Shown here: positions 1-9,068 of the stretch, one piece after another
Position numbering within the stretch: position 1 is the first letter of the stretch
How the letters are laid out: every line of letters starts with the position of its first letter
Assembly: GCF_006345805.1 (NCBI RefSeq)
Contig: NW_021826657.1
Location: 1 to 12,205 of the forward strand
DNA length: 12,205 bases
Direction of reading: 5' to 3'
Source: Octopus sinensis
Lineage: Eukaryota
Translations under genes and position numbers: made by a program
The notes under the pieces: generated by a model
Told to the model about the DNA's origin: nothing
Seen by the model: the letters and a program-made list of their open reading frames with translations, nothing else
Database searches by the model: none

Positions 1-600
1 CCACCACCACAACCACAACCACTAGCACCACAACCATTACCAGCATAACAATAACAACTGCAACGAAGAGAAGAAGACACAACAGCAAAAAAATAAACAT
101 TTAAAACAACAACAAGACCAAGAACGCCAAATATTAGACACACAATCAGCCGGAAGCAACAAATGCGAAAACAGAAGGAACGAAATAAAACGAAGAAAAC
201 ATTTAAAAAATAAATGAAAAAAAAAAGAATGAAAAAAAAAGACAAGAATGAAATAAAAGGAAAGAAAGAGGGAAAGAAGGAAAAGAAAGAAGAAAAGAAA
301 CAAAGGCAGTGACAATTGAATTCAAACAAAAATCATTAGAGGAAAAAAAAATAGAGAGCCCACCACCACCACCACCACCACACCATAAAAAAAATAATAA
401 TAAAAAAAACGCATCGAAAACACGTAATCAAACAACGAACTGTGTACAACAAACGGGAATAAATATCTACAAACAACAAACAACGACAACAACACAACAA
501 ACAAACAAGAAGAAAAAGGCGAAACAACCAAAAATATAAGAGGAACAATCAAAGCCTTTGTAAGGAAAAGAAATAAGAAATAGCAAGAGAAATCGAGTGA
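1..600. repeat. A/purine-rich low-complexity region with (CCA)n/(CAA)n and poly-A runs
   Basis: CCA/CAA triplet runs at 1-60 and ~359-385, A-runs throughout; ORFs here are compositionally biased artefacts. Confidence 0.85.
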
Positions 601-777
601 GTACTAAGTTTCAGGTAAAATATGGTCGCCACCGGCAAATATGTATTTCCAATAGATAATAACTGTTATTGCTGGCGTTTTTATATTTTTTAACCTTTAT
701 CGCCATCTTTTGCTGTATGTTAGCTATCTGTTTTATGCGCTTTCGTATATGTGCGCATATATCTAACTGTATTTCTA

Positions 778-811
778 TTTGTCTGTCTGTCTATCTATCT
801 ATCTATCTATC

Positions 812-880
<69 letters not shown>

Positions 881-949
881 CTATCTACTACATCTATCTA
901 TTATCTATTTACCTATTATGTATGTATGTATGTATGTATGTATGTATGT

Positions 950-996
<47 letters not shown>

Positions 997-1060
997 GTCT
1001 TTTATCATTTAACTATCACGAACTATAGATCTTCTTCTCTCACTCTTTCTTTTCTGCCCC

Positions 1061-1123
<63 letters not shown>

Positions 1124-1250
1124 AATATATGTAAACACACATATGTAAATATGTACACATACATATATGCACATATACCTACATAGACATGCATATAACT
1201 CTCTGTCTCTGTGTATGTAACCGTGTATATGTCTATATAGATATATTTGT
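778..1250. repeat. Compound microsatellite (TCTA)n-(TGTA)n-(TCTA)n, (CT)n-(AT)n
   Basis: Directly visible tandem tetra- and dinucleotide arrays. Confidence 0.97.
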
Positions 1251-1252
1251 AA

Positions 1253-1845
1253 GACAACATCCCCTTTTGAAGAAGTAACTCAATGTGAACGATGAAAAGC
1301 AGAACGGCTATTGAGGGTGGCTGTAGATTTACCACGCTGCCAAGATTTCTTCCCCATTCAAGCTACGAAGAAACCAGATGTTATCATATGATGTAAAGAT
1401 AAGTACGTGGTAAATCTGCTCGAGTTGACCGGTTCTCCATGAAGATAAGATGGATGCCGCCCAGACTCGAAAGATCGGTCGTTATGAATATTTCGAGAAA
1501 TGTGAAGATGTAGGCCGGAAAAGAGGACGTTATCCAATCGAATTTCGATGTGGAGGTTTCATTGGAAATCGTATGATGTGATAGTTGTTGTGGCTAGGTT
1601 TAGTTCAACGTATATGCAGGCTACAGCAGAAAAAGCAAACTACAGATGAGAAATGGCTAGAAAAATATTGAGTGAAGTCTAGTAAGCAGTTGATTTTACT
1701 CATGAAGTCTCATCTCTGAGAGGAGCCGGGGAGCAATAATGCCATCAAGAAGAAGGCCCTGAAACCACGCGTATTCTCTACTGATAACCCTGTAACCCTG
1801 CTAGTACCCGGTATGTGGAGCTGTCAACTGGTACTGCTTGTATTT
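1253..1845 (+). mobile_element. 5'-truncated, decayed RLE-type non-LTR retrotransposon (HERO/NeSL-like): endonuclease C-terminus plus probable 3' UTR
   Basis: Manual translation from 1317: VAVDLPRCQDFFPIQATKKPDVII*CKDKYVVNLLELT; +1 frameshift at 1431; VLHEDKMDAAQTRKIGRYEYFEKCEDVGRKRGRYPIEFRCGGFIG; later QATAEKANY. Matches the RLE pattern (RPD..W......L.ELTVPWE......RK..KY...C...GW....P.EVGCRGF...AEKAS.W.W) typical of HERO-like elements. Outer boundaries approximate. Confidence 0.8.
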
Positions 1846-2029
1846 TCAAGTTGTTTCCAAATGGTGTATACACGCCCCCAAAAATGTATGCAAACTGAGT
1901 GATTTTAAAGCCAGTCTTCATTAAAATACGCTTCATTTTCAAAATTTGGTAGAATCTGCGTACAGACTTAAGTTTTCGTTATGAACGCCTGTTTTCAAAC
2001 TAATGGCCGTTTAAACTCAGGTCTGTTTG

Positions 2030-2285
2030 GAAATCCTGGAATCTTGCATGTGTAGAGAATTTGCTACCTGCAGCCTACGTAGTGGCTATTAGTTCTCTTA
2101 AGCTAATATTTTCCTTGTGATTCTGGTAGTGACCCAGGAAGCAAAATGTGTTTTGCAACAACTCTCCTTGGCATTCTATTCCGATTTCCTCCTGATGCCT
2201 TCTGATGCTGTCCCCAAGGACCGAACAATAATTGTCACTATCTTGGCTTTTTTCATCTTCCACTGTCGGACTTTGTCGTAATTAA
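2030..2285 (-). mobile_element. Decayed R4/Dong-like RLE-LINE 3' fragment (copy C)
   Basis: Minus strand from 2262 reads WKMKKAKIVTIIVRSLGT, then frameshifted EEIGIECQGELLQ...LG/TTRITRKILA* (TAA at 2098-2100). Matches the RLE-LINE terminal motif W.....VP...G.LG.....LQK..LLGTARI.RK.L. Confidence 0.7.
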
Positions 2286-2381
2286 GAGACTTGTTATACG
2301 TTAATTTTTTTTTAGCGTCACTCTTCTTAAAACTATTCGCGGGTCAAGTGAGCTTGCAACATCAACTATAGAGCACAACCT

Positions 2382-2572
2382 GTTAACGACCGTTATCCAT
2401 GCAGGCACGGATTGGCCGCTTTGACTGTTAAGCTGGGAAGCCGCATCAGTTTCCGATCTTATTTGGCAGTGTTTCTACAGCTGGATGCCCTTCCTGACGC
2501 CAACCACACCAAGAGTGCAGTGGGTGCTTTTTGAGTGCTACTGGTACGGGTACCAGTTAAGAAACACCGGCT
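2382..2572 (-). mobile_element. Degraded SINE / RTE-related non-autonomous retroelement fragment
   Basis: Minus strand contains GGTTGGCGTCAGGAAGGGCATCCAGCTGTAGAAAC and ends GCATGGATAACGGTCGTTAA, motifs recalled from RTE-associated invertebrate SINEs; tRNA head not visible. Confidence 0.6.
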
Positions 2573-2575
2573 TCA

Positions 2576-2594
2576 ATAATCATCATTATTATCA

Positions 2595-2625
<31 letters not shown>

Positions 2626-2653
2626 CCTTATTTTATTATTATTATTATTATTA

Positions 2654-2684
<31 letters not shown>

Positions 2685-2747
2685 CCTTATTATTATTATT
2701 CTTATTCTTATTATTATTATTATTATTATTATCATCATTGTTATTAT
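2576..2747. repeat. (TTA)n/(TCA)n microsatellite
   Basis: Imperfect trinucleotide array, directly visible. Confidence 0.97.
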
Positions 2748-2961
2748 TCTTTTCTACTCTAGGCACAAGGCCCGAAATTTTGAGGGAGGGGACCAGTCGA
2801 TTAGATCGACTCCAGTACGCAACTGGTACTTAATTTATTGACCCTGAAAGGATGAAAGGCAAAATGGACCGCGGCGGAATTTGAACTCAGAACATAAAGA
2901 CAGACAAAATACCGCTAAGCATTTCGCCCAGCATGCTAACGTTTCTGCCATCTCGCCGCCT
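2748..2961 (-). mobile_element. tRNA-derived SINE, octopus-type family 1, near full length
   Basis: Minus strand: GGCGGCGAGATGGCAGAAACGTTAGCATGCTGGGC (A-box region), GAGTTCAAATTCC (B box), GCCTTTCATCCTTTCAGGGTCAATAAATTAAGTACCAG, and 3' CCTAGAGTAGAAAAG. Homologous to 3032-3243 and 9069-9296. Confidence 0.92.
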
Positions 2962-3031
2962 TTCATCGTTGTTATAATTATTCATGCTATACACGTATGT
3001 TTTACATTCGGTACCAGAGTCCTTTGGGATA

Positions 3032-3243
3032 GTCGGCGAGATGGCTAAATCGTTAGCACGCCGGACAAAATGCTTAGCGACATTTTGTCTGTTCTTTATG
3101 TTCTGAGTTCAAATTCTGCTGTGGCCGACTTTGCCTTTCATCCTTTCGGGGTCGATAAAATAAGTACCAGCTGAGTACTGGGGTCGATGTAACCGGCTAT
3201 CTCCCACCCCTCAATTTCAGGCCCTGTGCCTATAGTAAAAGGT
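3032..3243 (+). mobile_element. tRNA-derived SINE, family 1, inverted relative to 2748-2961
   Basis: GGCGAGATGGCTAAATCGTTAGCACGCCGG, B box GAGTTCAAATTC, GCCTTTCATCCTTTCGGGGTCGATAAAATAAGTACCAG, and 3' CCTGTGCCTATAGTAAAAGG followed by (TTA)n. Confidence 0.92.
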
Positions 3244-3267
3244 ATTATTATTATTATTATTATTATT

Positions 3268-3651
3268 TCTTTCTTTCTTTCTTAAATTTTTCTTCCGTTT
3301 CTCGCCGAGTGTCTTCCATACACCTAGGGCAGAGAAGCTCATTGTATGCATTCCCAGATTACACACGCAAATACACAGGTAAAACGTTAATTAAAAAAAT
3401 TAATGAATAAATAAATTCATGGGTGGATGTTGTTTTCACAGCGATAATGCTCTTCTCAGTACATGAGCCGTTCCAGTTAATACGATTTTTTGCACTTCCT
3501 GCAGGGACGGTAAGCCTGGTATCATTTTCAAATAGGTTTCAGTACATTTTTTTATAATTCCTAAAGATCCTACAATCACTGGTACTGTAGTCGCCTTGAG
3601 ATACCACATTTTTTCAATTTCTATTAGCAAGTCTTTATATTTACTAATCTT
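3268..3651 (-). mobile_element. 5'-truncated R4/Dong-like RLE-LINE (copy A): uninterrupted ORF C-terminus plus 3' UTR, inside (TAA)n
   Basis: Non-repetitive part of ORF 3436..3804: KISKYKDLLIEIEKMWYLKATTVPVIVGSLGIIKK...LQEVQKIVLTGTAHVLRRALSL*, a canonical RLE-LINE terminus. ~165-bp 3' UTR runs into (AAT)n; the 5' junction also abuts (AAT)n. Confidence 0.9.
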
Positions 3652-3713
3652 TATTATTATTATTATTATTATCATTATTATCATTATTATTATTATTATT
3701 ATTATTATCATTA

Positions 3714-3761
<48 letters not shown>

Positions 3762-3769
3762 TAGTTTTA
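3652..3769. repeat. (TTA)n microsatellite between two LINE remnants
   Basis: Directly visible. Confidence 0.97.
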
Positions 3770-4312
3770 TTATTATAGCGTGCTTTCACTTCACTACCGA
3801 GCACAGCTCTGGGTGGCCTTGGGTATGTACTGTGATTTTGTTGTGATGCTCTGATGGTTATTGTATGGAAAGTGTTCTGCGTTGGATGTGGTGCAGTGCC
3901 TAGTAGTGCAATTTTCTGTTGTTATATGTGTTTGTAAGTCCTGGTGTTTTTTTGTTATGTATTTGTCTGAATATTTTTTTATCATGCCTATGCACCTACT
4001 ATGATAGGAATTGTTTCGTTTTCAGATTCCACATTCTAGTTACCTCTATTTCCAGTCTTTGTATTTTGAGAGTTTCTTCTCTCCTTTCTTTTGAGACACG
4101 TTGTCATCAGCCGGTATTGATACATCAATTAGAAAGCATTTTTTTTCTTCATGATCTCTGACAACTATATCTGGTCTGTTGGCCTTAATTCTCTATCTGT
4201 GTGTATCGGCATATCCCAGAGTATGGTTGCTTTCTCGTTTTCTGTGACCTTTTCTGGTGTGTGCCATACATCTTTTTTCTGTTGTTATTCCATAATGTTG
4301 GCATAGCTTCCA
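3770..4312 (-). mobile_element. 5'-truncated R4/Dong-like RLE-LINE (copy B) with full restriction-like endonuclease domain, multiply frameshifted
   Basis: Frame-corrected minus translation: WKLCQHYGITTEKR(WYR)HTPEKVTENEKATILWDMPIHTDRE(I)KANRPDIVVRDHEEKKCFLIDVSIPADDNVS...KLSKYKD(L)EIEVTRMWNLK(T)ETIPIIVGA(L)GMIKKYSDKYI...QKIALLGTAHI.RRTLSIQ*. PD...D...K nuclease motif present. Confidence 0.92.
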
Positions 4313-4313
4313 A

Positions 4314-4316
<3 letters not shown>

Positions 4317-4388
<72 letters not shown>

Positions 4389-4432
4389 GTTGTTGTTGTT
4401 GTTGTTGTTGTTATTATTATTATTATTATTAT
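4317..4432. repeat. (TTA)n-(TTG)n-(TTA)n microsatellite
   Basis: Directly visible. Confidence 0.97.
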
Positions 4433-4702
4433 CTGAGACAAATACTGCAGTCGAGTTTTGAAGATGTAAACTTATTGAAGTTCACAAGAAATAACCGAAG
4501 GAAATGTTGATTATGGTGTTTTGGATTTTGTTTTTTTATCATATATATATAATATCCAGTATTAAAGAAATTTTTGGCAACCACCAAACGGTAATTCCTT
4601 TATTCTTGTTTGTTTTTGCTTAGAGTACATCTAGTCATTCTTCTTTCTTTCATCTTACAACTTATAATTTCTCTCTCTTTCTCTCTTTTTCGTTCTCTTG
4701 AT

Positions 4703-4849
4703 GCACACACACACACACACATATATATATATACATATACACCTATATATATATGTATACATATATTCATATATATATATATATACTTTTATATATATGT
4801 ATATTTATACATATATTTACCTATATGCATATATGTATATATATTATAT

Positions 4850-4881
<32 letters not shown>

Positions 4882-4917
4882 CATATAAATATGTATACAT
4901 ACATACATACATTTATA

Positions 4918-4953
<36 letters not shown>

Positions 4954-4992
4954 ATATATATGCATATATATATATGTATATATATATATATG
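4703..4992. repeat. (CA)n/(TA)n microsatellite
   Basis: Directly visible; source of spurious YI-rich ORFs. Confidence 0.97.
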
Positions 4993-5139
4993 TCTTTGTA
5001 TTTCATCTTTCAATTTGTCTTAAAATTGTTCAATTTTCGTTTTATTTTTCATTCCCTTTATATATATTTTTTTGTCTTTGGAGTCGAATATTTTACCAAG
5101 CATTTTTTTTTTCATTTTGCTTTAATAACCTTTGTATTT

Positions 5140-5179
5140 TTCTCTTTTTTATCTCTGTCTATCCCTGTTTCTCTCTCTC

Positions 5180-5217
<38 letters not shown>

Positions 5218-5744
5218 AAACTAAACCTCATACTATCCCCCTTTCCGGTGTATCTCTTTGTCACATCTCTCTCTCTCCCTCTTATTCCTTCTCTCTCTTT
5301 CATCCTCTCCATTTCCTTCTCTCCATCTCTCCTTCCTAAATCGCTTCATATTTTCTCGTCGTCTTTAAACCATTTCGTTTTATTCGTTCTTTATCTTATA
5401 TCAATCTTTTTCCTTTCTTATCAATCAATAATCACTGCCGCCCTCTTTCTCTCTCACTCTTTCTCCCTCACACCATCACTGACTCATTCCGCGTTCTCTT
5501 TCTCTCTCACTCTTTCTCATTCTATCCTTCTTTCAATCCCTTTCAGTAAGTCTCTCTATTTGTCATTAAATCTCATTACTTACACATTTATATGTATGTA
5601 TGCATATATGTATATATGTGTGTACATATGTATAAATATATATATACACATATATAAATAGTATAAATAATATATATATATATTATATATATAATATATA
5701 TATCTATATATATTATATATATATATATATATAATATATATATG
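5140..5744. repeat. CT-rich low-complexity tract followed by (TA)n
   Basis: (CT)n at ~5170-5212, degenerate polypyrimidine to ~5560, (TA)n at ~5581-5743. Confidence 0.9.
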
Positions 5745-6100
5745 CATGTGAAGGCGCATGGCCATGTGAAGGCGCTGGCTCAGTGGTTAGAGCGTCGAGC
5801 TTACGATCGTGAGGTTGTGAGCTCGAACCCGGACCGGGCTGCGTGTTGTGTTCTTGAGCAAGGCACTTTATTTCACGTTGCTCCAGTTCACTCAGCTGTA
5901 AAATGAGTTGCGACGTCACTGGTGCCAAGCTGTATCGGCCTTTGCCTTTCCCTTGGATAACACTGGTGGCGTGGAGAGGGGAGGCTGGTATGCATGGGCG
6001 ACTGCTGGTCTTCCATAAACAACCTTGCCCGGACTTGTATCTAGGAAGGTAACTTTCTAGGTGCAATCCCATGGTCATTCATGACCGAAGGGGGTCTTTT
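5745..6100 (+). mobile_element. tRNA-derived SINE with CORE-like domain and duplicated 5' end
   Basis: A box TGGCTCAGTGG (5776-5786); B-box-like GAGCTCGAACCC (~5819-5830); TGTGTTCTTGAGCAAGGCACTTTATTTCAC...CTCAGCTGTAAAATGAG resembles the MIR/CORE domain. Flanked by (TA)n. Confidence 0.88.
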
Positions 6101-6147
6101 ATATATGCATATATACATACGTATATGTACATACTTACATCTATACG

Positions 6148-6198
<51 letters not shown>

Positions 6199-6200
6199 AT
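6101..6200. repeat. (TA)n-(TG)n microsatellite
   Basis: Directly visible. Confidence 0.95.
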
Positions 6201-6212
6201 ATGTGGGCACAG

Positions 6213-6506
6213 TGGAGGCACATGGCCAAGTGGTTAAAGCGGCGGCTCGCGGTCGAGGTATCGCGGGTTCGAATCTCAGACCGGGCGATGTATGTGTTTA
6301 TGAGCAAGACACCTAATCTCCACGCGACTCCGGCAGAAGGTAATGGCGAAACTTCTGCTGACTCTTTCGCCACAACTTTCTCTCATTCTTTCCTCCTGCA
6401 TCTTGAAGCTCACCTGCGACGGACCGGCGTCCCATCCAGGTGGGGAACATATATGCCAATGAAACGGGGAAACCGGCCCATTATGAGCCATGCATGGCTT
6501 GAGAGG

Positions 6507-6547
<41 letters not shown>
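6213..6547 (+). mobile_element. tRNA-derived SINE (distinct family) with (AT)n tail and 9-bp TSD
   Basis: A box TGGCCAAGTGG, B box GGTTCGAATCTC, internal CCTGCGACGGACCGGCGTCCCATCCAGG, and direct repeat TGGGCACAG at 6204-6212 and 6548-6556. Confidence 0.88.
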
Positions 6548-6550
<3 letters not shown>

Positions 6551-6717
6551 GCACAGGACTTCATGAAACGTGTACAACAAAAAAATACGAAGTACGAGTA
6601 CATGGAATATAAACTATTTTTTGGAACGAAAGACACAAATGGAAAACGAAACAAACAACACAAAGGACGACCCCTCATCATTTGTTGGCTGTTGATACTT
6701 AGATGGGTGACACTCTT

Positions 6718-6780
6718 TTAAGGCGATGCTCCGGCATGGCCACAGTCAAATGACTGAAACAAGTAAAAGAATAAAAGAAG
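6718..6780 (+). mobile_element. Isolated 3' tail of the SINE family seen at 9905-10330
   Basis: GGCGATGCTCCGGCATGGCCACAGTCAAATGACTGAAACAAGTAAAAGA is near-identical to the reverse complement of ~9908-9963. Confidence 0.85.
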
Positions 6781-6781
6781 A

Positions 6782-7225
6782 TATATATACATATAAAGCT
6801 GAAGTTGTCTCTGTGTGTATGTGACAGGCTTGGTAGCCTTCAACTAACACTATCTCCTCCGATACCCTGCAGCGTAAGTTGACCAAAATTGAGAGTATGA
6901 TGGAAGAAGGCTTGCTCTTCATTCCGTAGAAGACAAATTTCAAATCGGACCATATTAAGACCAAAAATTATTTACATCAAAAAGGTGCTTTTTTTCTATG
7001 AAAATCCTTATTTTTTTACGATTTTTGACTGCTGTGTCGCCATTTTCGGTGTATTTCAACCAGAAAAATGTTCACTCATAGAGAATAACAAGCTACATAA
7101 TGCAAAATTTTTACATTTCAAAAAGGATTGAAACTATGCCAAAACTTTGTTAACGCGACATCAAAGTCTGCCGTTTTAAACGCAACTAAAATACAAACCC
7201 GAGCAACGCCGGGCTATATTGCTAG
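6782..7225 (+). mobile_element. Non-autonomous Helitron
   Basis: 3' GC hairpin CCCGAGCAACGCCGGG (7198-7213), then CTAG (7222-7225) followed by T. The 5' end TATATATACATATAAAGCTG resembles the TC(TA)nTAAA Helitron start, but the terminal TC is not intact. No TSD or ORF. Confidence 0.8.
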
Positions 7226-7434
7226 TGTAAATGTATATATATTTGAGTGTATATATATATAAATATATATATACCCACCCTCTCCTTTCTCCGTCACTTT
7301 CATATCGATGGTATTTTTTTGTTTCTAGTTTCTTTTCTACTCTACTCTATCGTCTGCTTCTTCCATTTAAAAAAAATTTAATAAGTTTTGTATGAAAAGA
7401 TTTCTCTTTGTTCTTCACTCTCCAACCTACCACT

Positions 7435-7580
7435 TCTGTCTGTCTGTCTCTGTCCCTGTCTCTGTCTGTCTGTCTCTGTATCTCTCTCTTCCTCTGTATC
7501 TCTCTCTCTCTCTCTCTCTCTTCCTCTCTCTCTCTCTTCCTCTCTCTCTCTCTCTTCCTCTCTCTCTCTCTCTCTCTTGT
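7435..7580. repeat. (CTGT)n/(CT)n microsatellite
   Basis: Directly visible. Confidence 0.96.
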
Positions 7581-7816
7581 CCGGATTCTTTACATCTTTC
7601 TGTCCTCTTCTCCCCCCTCGTCCTTCCTCACATCTGTCTCCAATCCAAACCCTCTGCATTCATTTGTTTCTTCCTTATTGTTCCTTTCTTACAACCCATG
7701 TTTTTTTTAGCGCAAGTTTTCCCCCATCAATGCCCACAACATTTTAACCCAATCGCCTTTCTTTATATTTTTTCTTCAATCCTTTGTAAGTATTCATGCC
7801 TCTTACCCTTCACAAA

Positions 7817-7900
7817 TGTACGTATGTATGTATGTATGTATGTATGTATGTATGTATGTATCTATCTATCTATCTATCTATCTGTCTGTCTGTCTATCTA
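7817..7900. repeat. (TGTA)n-(TCTA)n-(TCTG)n microsatellite
   Basis: Directly visible. Confidence 0.96.
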
Positions 7901-7951
7901 TTCACTCACGTGCCCTTGTATATAATGTGTGCGTGTAGGCACGTTACATAA

Positions 7952-8040
7952 TGAACAAGACCCTTTATTTCACGCAGCACGGTCCAATCAGCTGACAAAA
8001 ACGTGTTGTACCTCGAGTACACAGGTCAGCCTTTTCTGAT
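7952..8040 (+). mobile_element. Highly decayed CORE-like SINE fragment
   Basis: TGAACAAGACCCTTTATTTCACGCAGCACGGTCCAATCAGCTG aligns by eye with TGAGCAAGGCACTTTATTTCACGTTGCTCCAGTTCACTCAGCTG at ~5855-5898. Confidence 0.65.
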
Positions 8041-8171
8041 TCTAATTCGTCATGTACCTATATATATATATAGATAATGTGTGTGTGTGTGTATACACAC
8101 ACACCACACACACATATATATATATATAATATATACGCACACACATATATATATACACGCATATATTTATT

Positions 8172-8340
8172 GTTTTAATTGTTTCATCTTCTTTTAGTCG
8201 AATAAATCAACCCCAGGACTTGTTTTTTGTAAGCCTAGCACTTATTCTATCGGTCTCTTTTGCCCTGAACCGCTAAGTTACGGGGGCGTAAACCACACAA
8301 CATCGGTTGTCAAACGATGGTTGGGGGACAACAGAGACAT
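8172..8340 (-). mobile_element. Partial copy (3' half) of the SINE family at 9905-10330
   Basis: TTTAGTCGAATAAATCAACCCCAGGACTT...CTTATTCTATCGGTCTCTTTTGCC..AACCGCTAAGTTACGGGGGCGTAAAC...CATCGGTTGTCAAACGATG matches ~9964-10090; it breaks off in the internal microsatellite. Confidence 0.88.
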
Positions 8341-8346
8341 ATATAT

Positions 8347-8419
<73 letters not shown>

Positions 8420-8640
8420 CTGTGTGTGTGATTGTCTATGTAATATACATGTATATAGATAGATAGATAGATAGATAGACATAATCTATACATTGACTGA
8501 TCGACAAACAGGCAGGCAAACAGACAGACATATATAGATTTCACTTATACAATTTCCATTTCTCTCTCACCCTCTCTCTCTCGCCCCTCTCTATCATCCT
8601 ATCTCTCTCCCTCTCTCTCCCTCTCATTCTCCCTCTATGT
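8341..8640. repeat. (TA)n-(TG)n-(TAGA)n and CT-rich microsatellites
   Basis: Directly visible. Confidence 0.93.
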
Positions 8641-9068
8641 AACACGCGCTCACTCACTTTCTCAATATGTTACATAATATTTCCAAATGAAACAAAAAAA
8701 AGCAAAAAGACTATGTACATCTTTTTCTTCTCTTCTGTCTCATCCCTCTGCCCTTCTCTTCCTCCCCTTTCCCCTTTCTAGAAGTCTGAACCCCATAATT
8801 ATACACCACCCATTTCAAAAAGGTTTAAACCGCTTCCCTATATTATGAAGCCTACTCCGCCCTCCACCTTTCTGCCCCGGACAAAAGCCTATCTCTATTT
8901 ATAACAAGGACAACAGATAGCTATTGTTTTATTGGCTTTTGTTTCTGTGTCTAGGTGGGTAGACCCGCGATAGGTTTCGGTCTGTGTGTGGTTACGTGCA
9001 TGTGTGTGTTTGTGTGTGTGTGTGTCTGTGTGTGTTATAGTGTATGTATAATAGATTTGGGTATATAT

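Noticed and set aside
606-625. CAG|GTAAAA possible splice donor after the A-rich 5' region
   Set aside because: Isolated short motif with no supportable exon or reading frame.
1755-1795. GAAAC...GTA...CTGATAA resembling a permuted hammerhead in the HERO-like 3' region
   Set aside because: The core deviates from CTGANGA and stems I and II cannot be formed.
2576-4432. Repeat-spacer alternation superficially like a CRISPR or cassette array
   Set aside because: The repeats are variable-length (TTA)n and the spacers are recognisable SINE/LINE fragments in a eukaryotic context; no cas genes.
4433-4620. Short unique stretch with a ~25-codon open frame (LRQILQSSFEDVNLLKF...)
   Set aside because: No start codon, convincing splice signals or recognisable motif.
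4753-5661. Longest ORF (302 aa) and other YI-, LSIY-, SL-, poly-I/N/Y ORFs across the window
   Set aside because: They are translations of (TA)n, (TCTA)n, (CT)n and (TTA)n microsatellites that lack stops in some frames; no domain content.
5770-5835. tRNA-like sequences here and at ~6215-6280
   Set aside because: A/B boxes are present, but there is no complete cloverleaf or acceptor stem and each continues into a SINE body; these are SINE heads, not tRNA genes.
6040-6054. TCTAGGAAGGTAACT resembling TCTAGGAGAAGGTAACT at 11861-11877
   Set aside because: Short gapped match with no flanking similarity; chance cannot be excluded.
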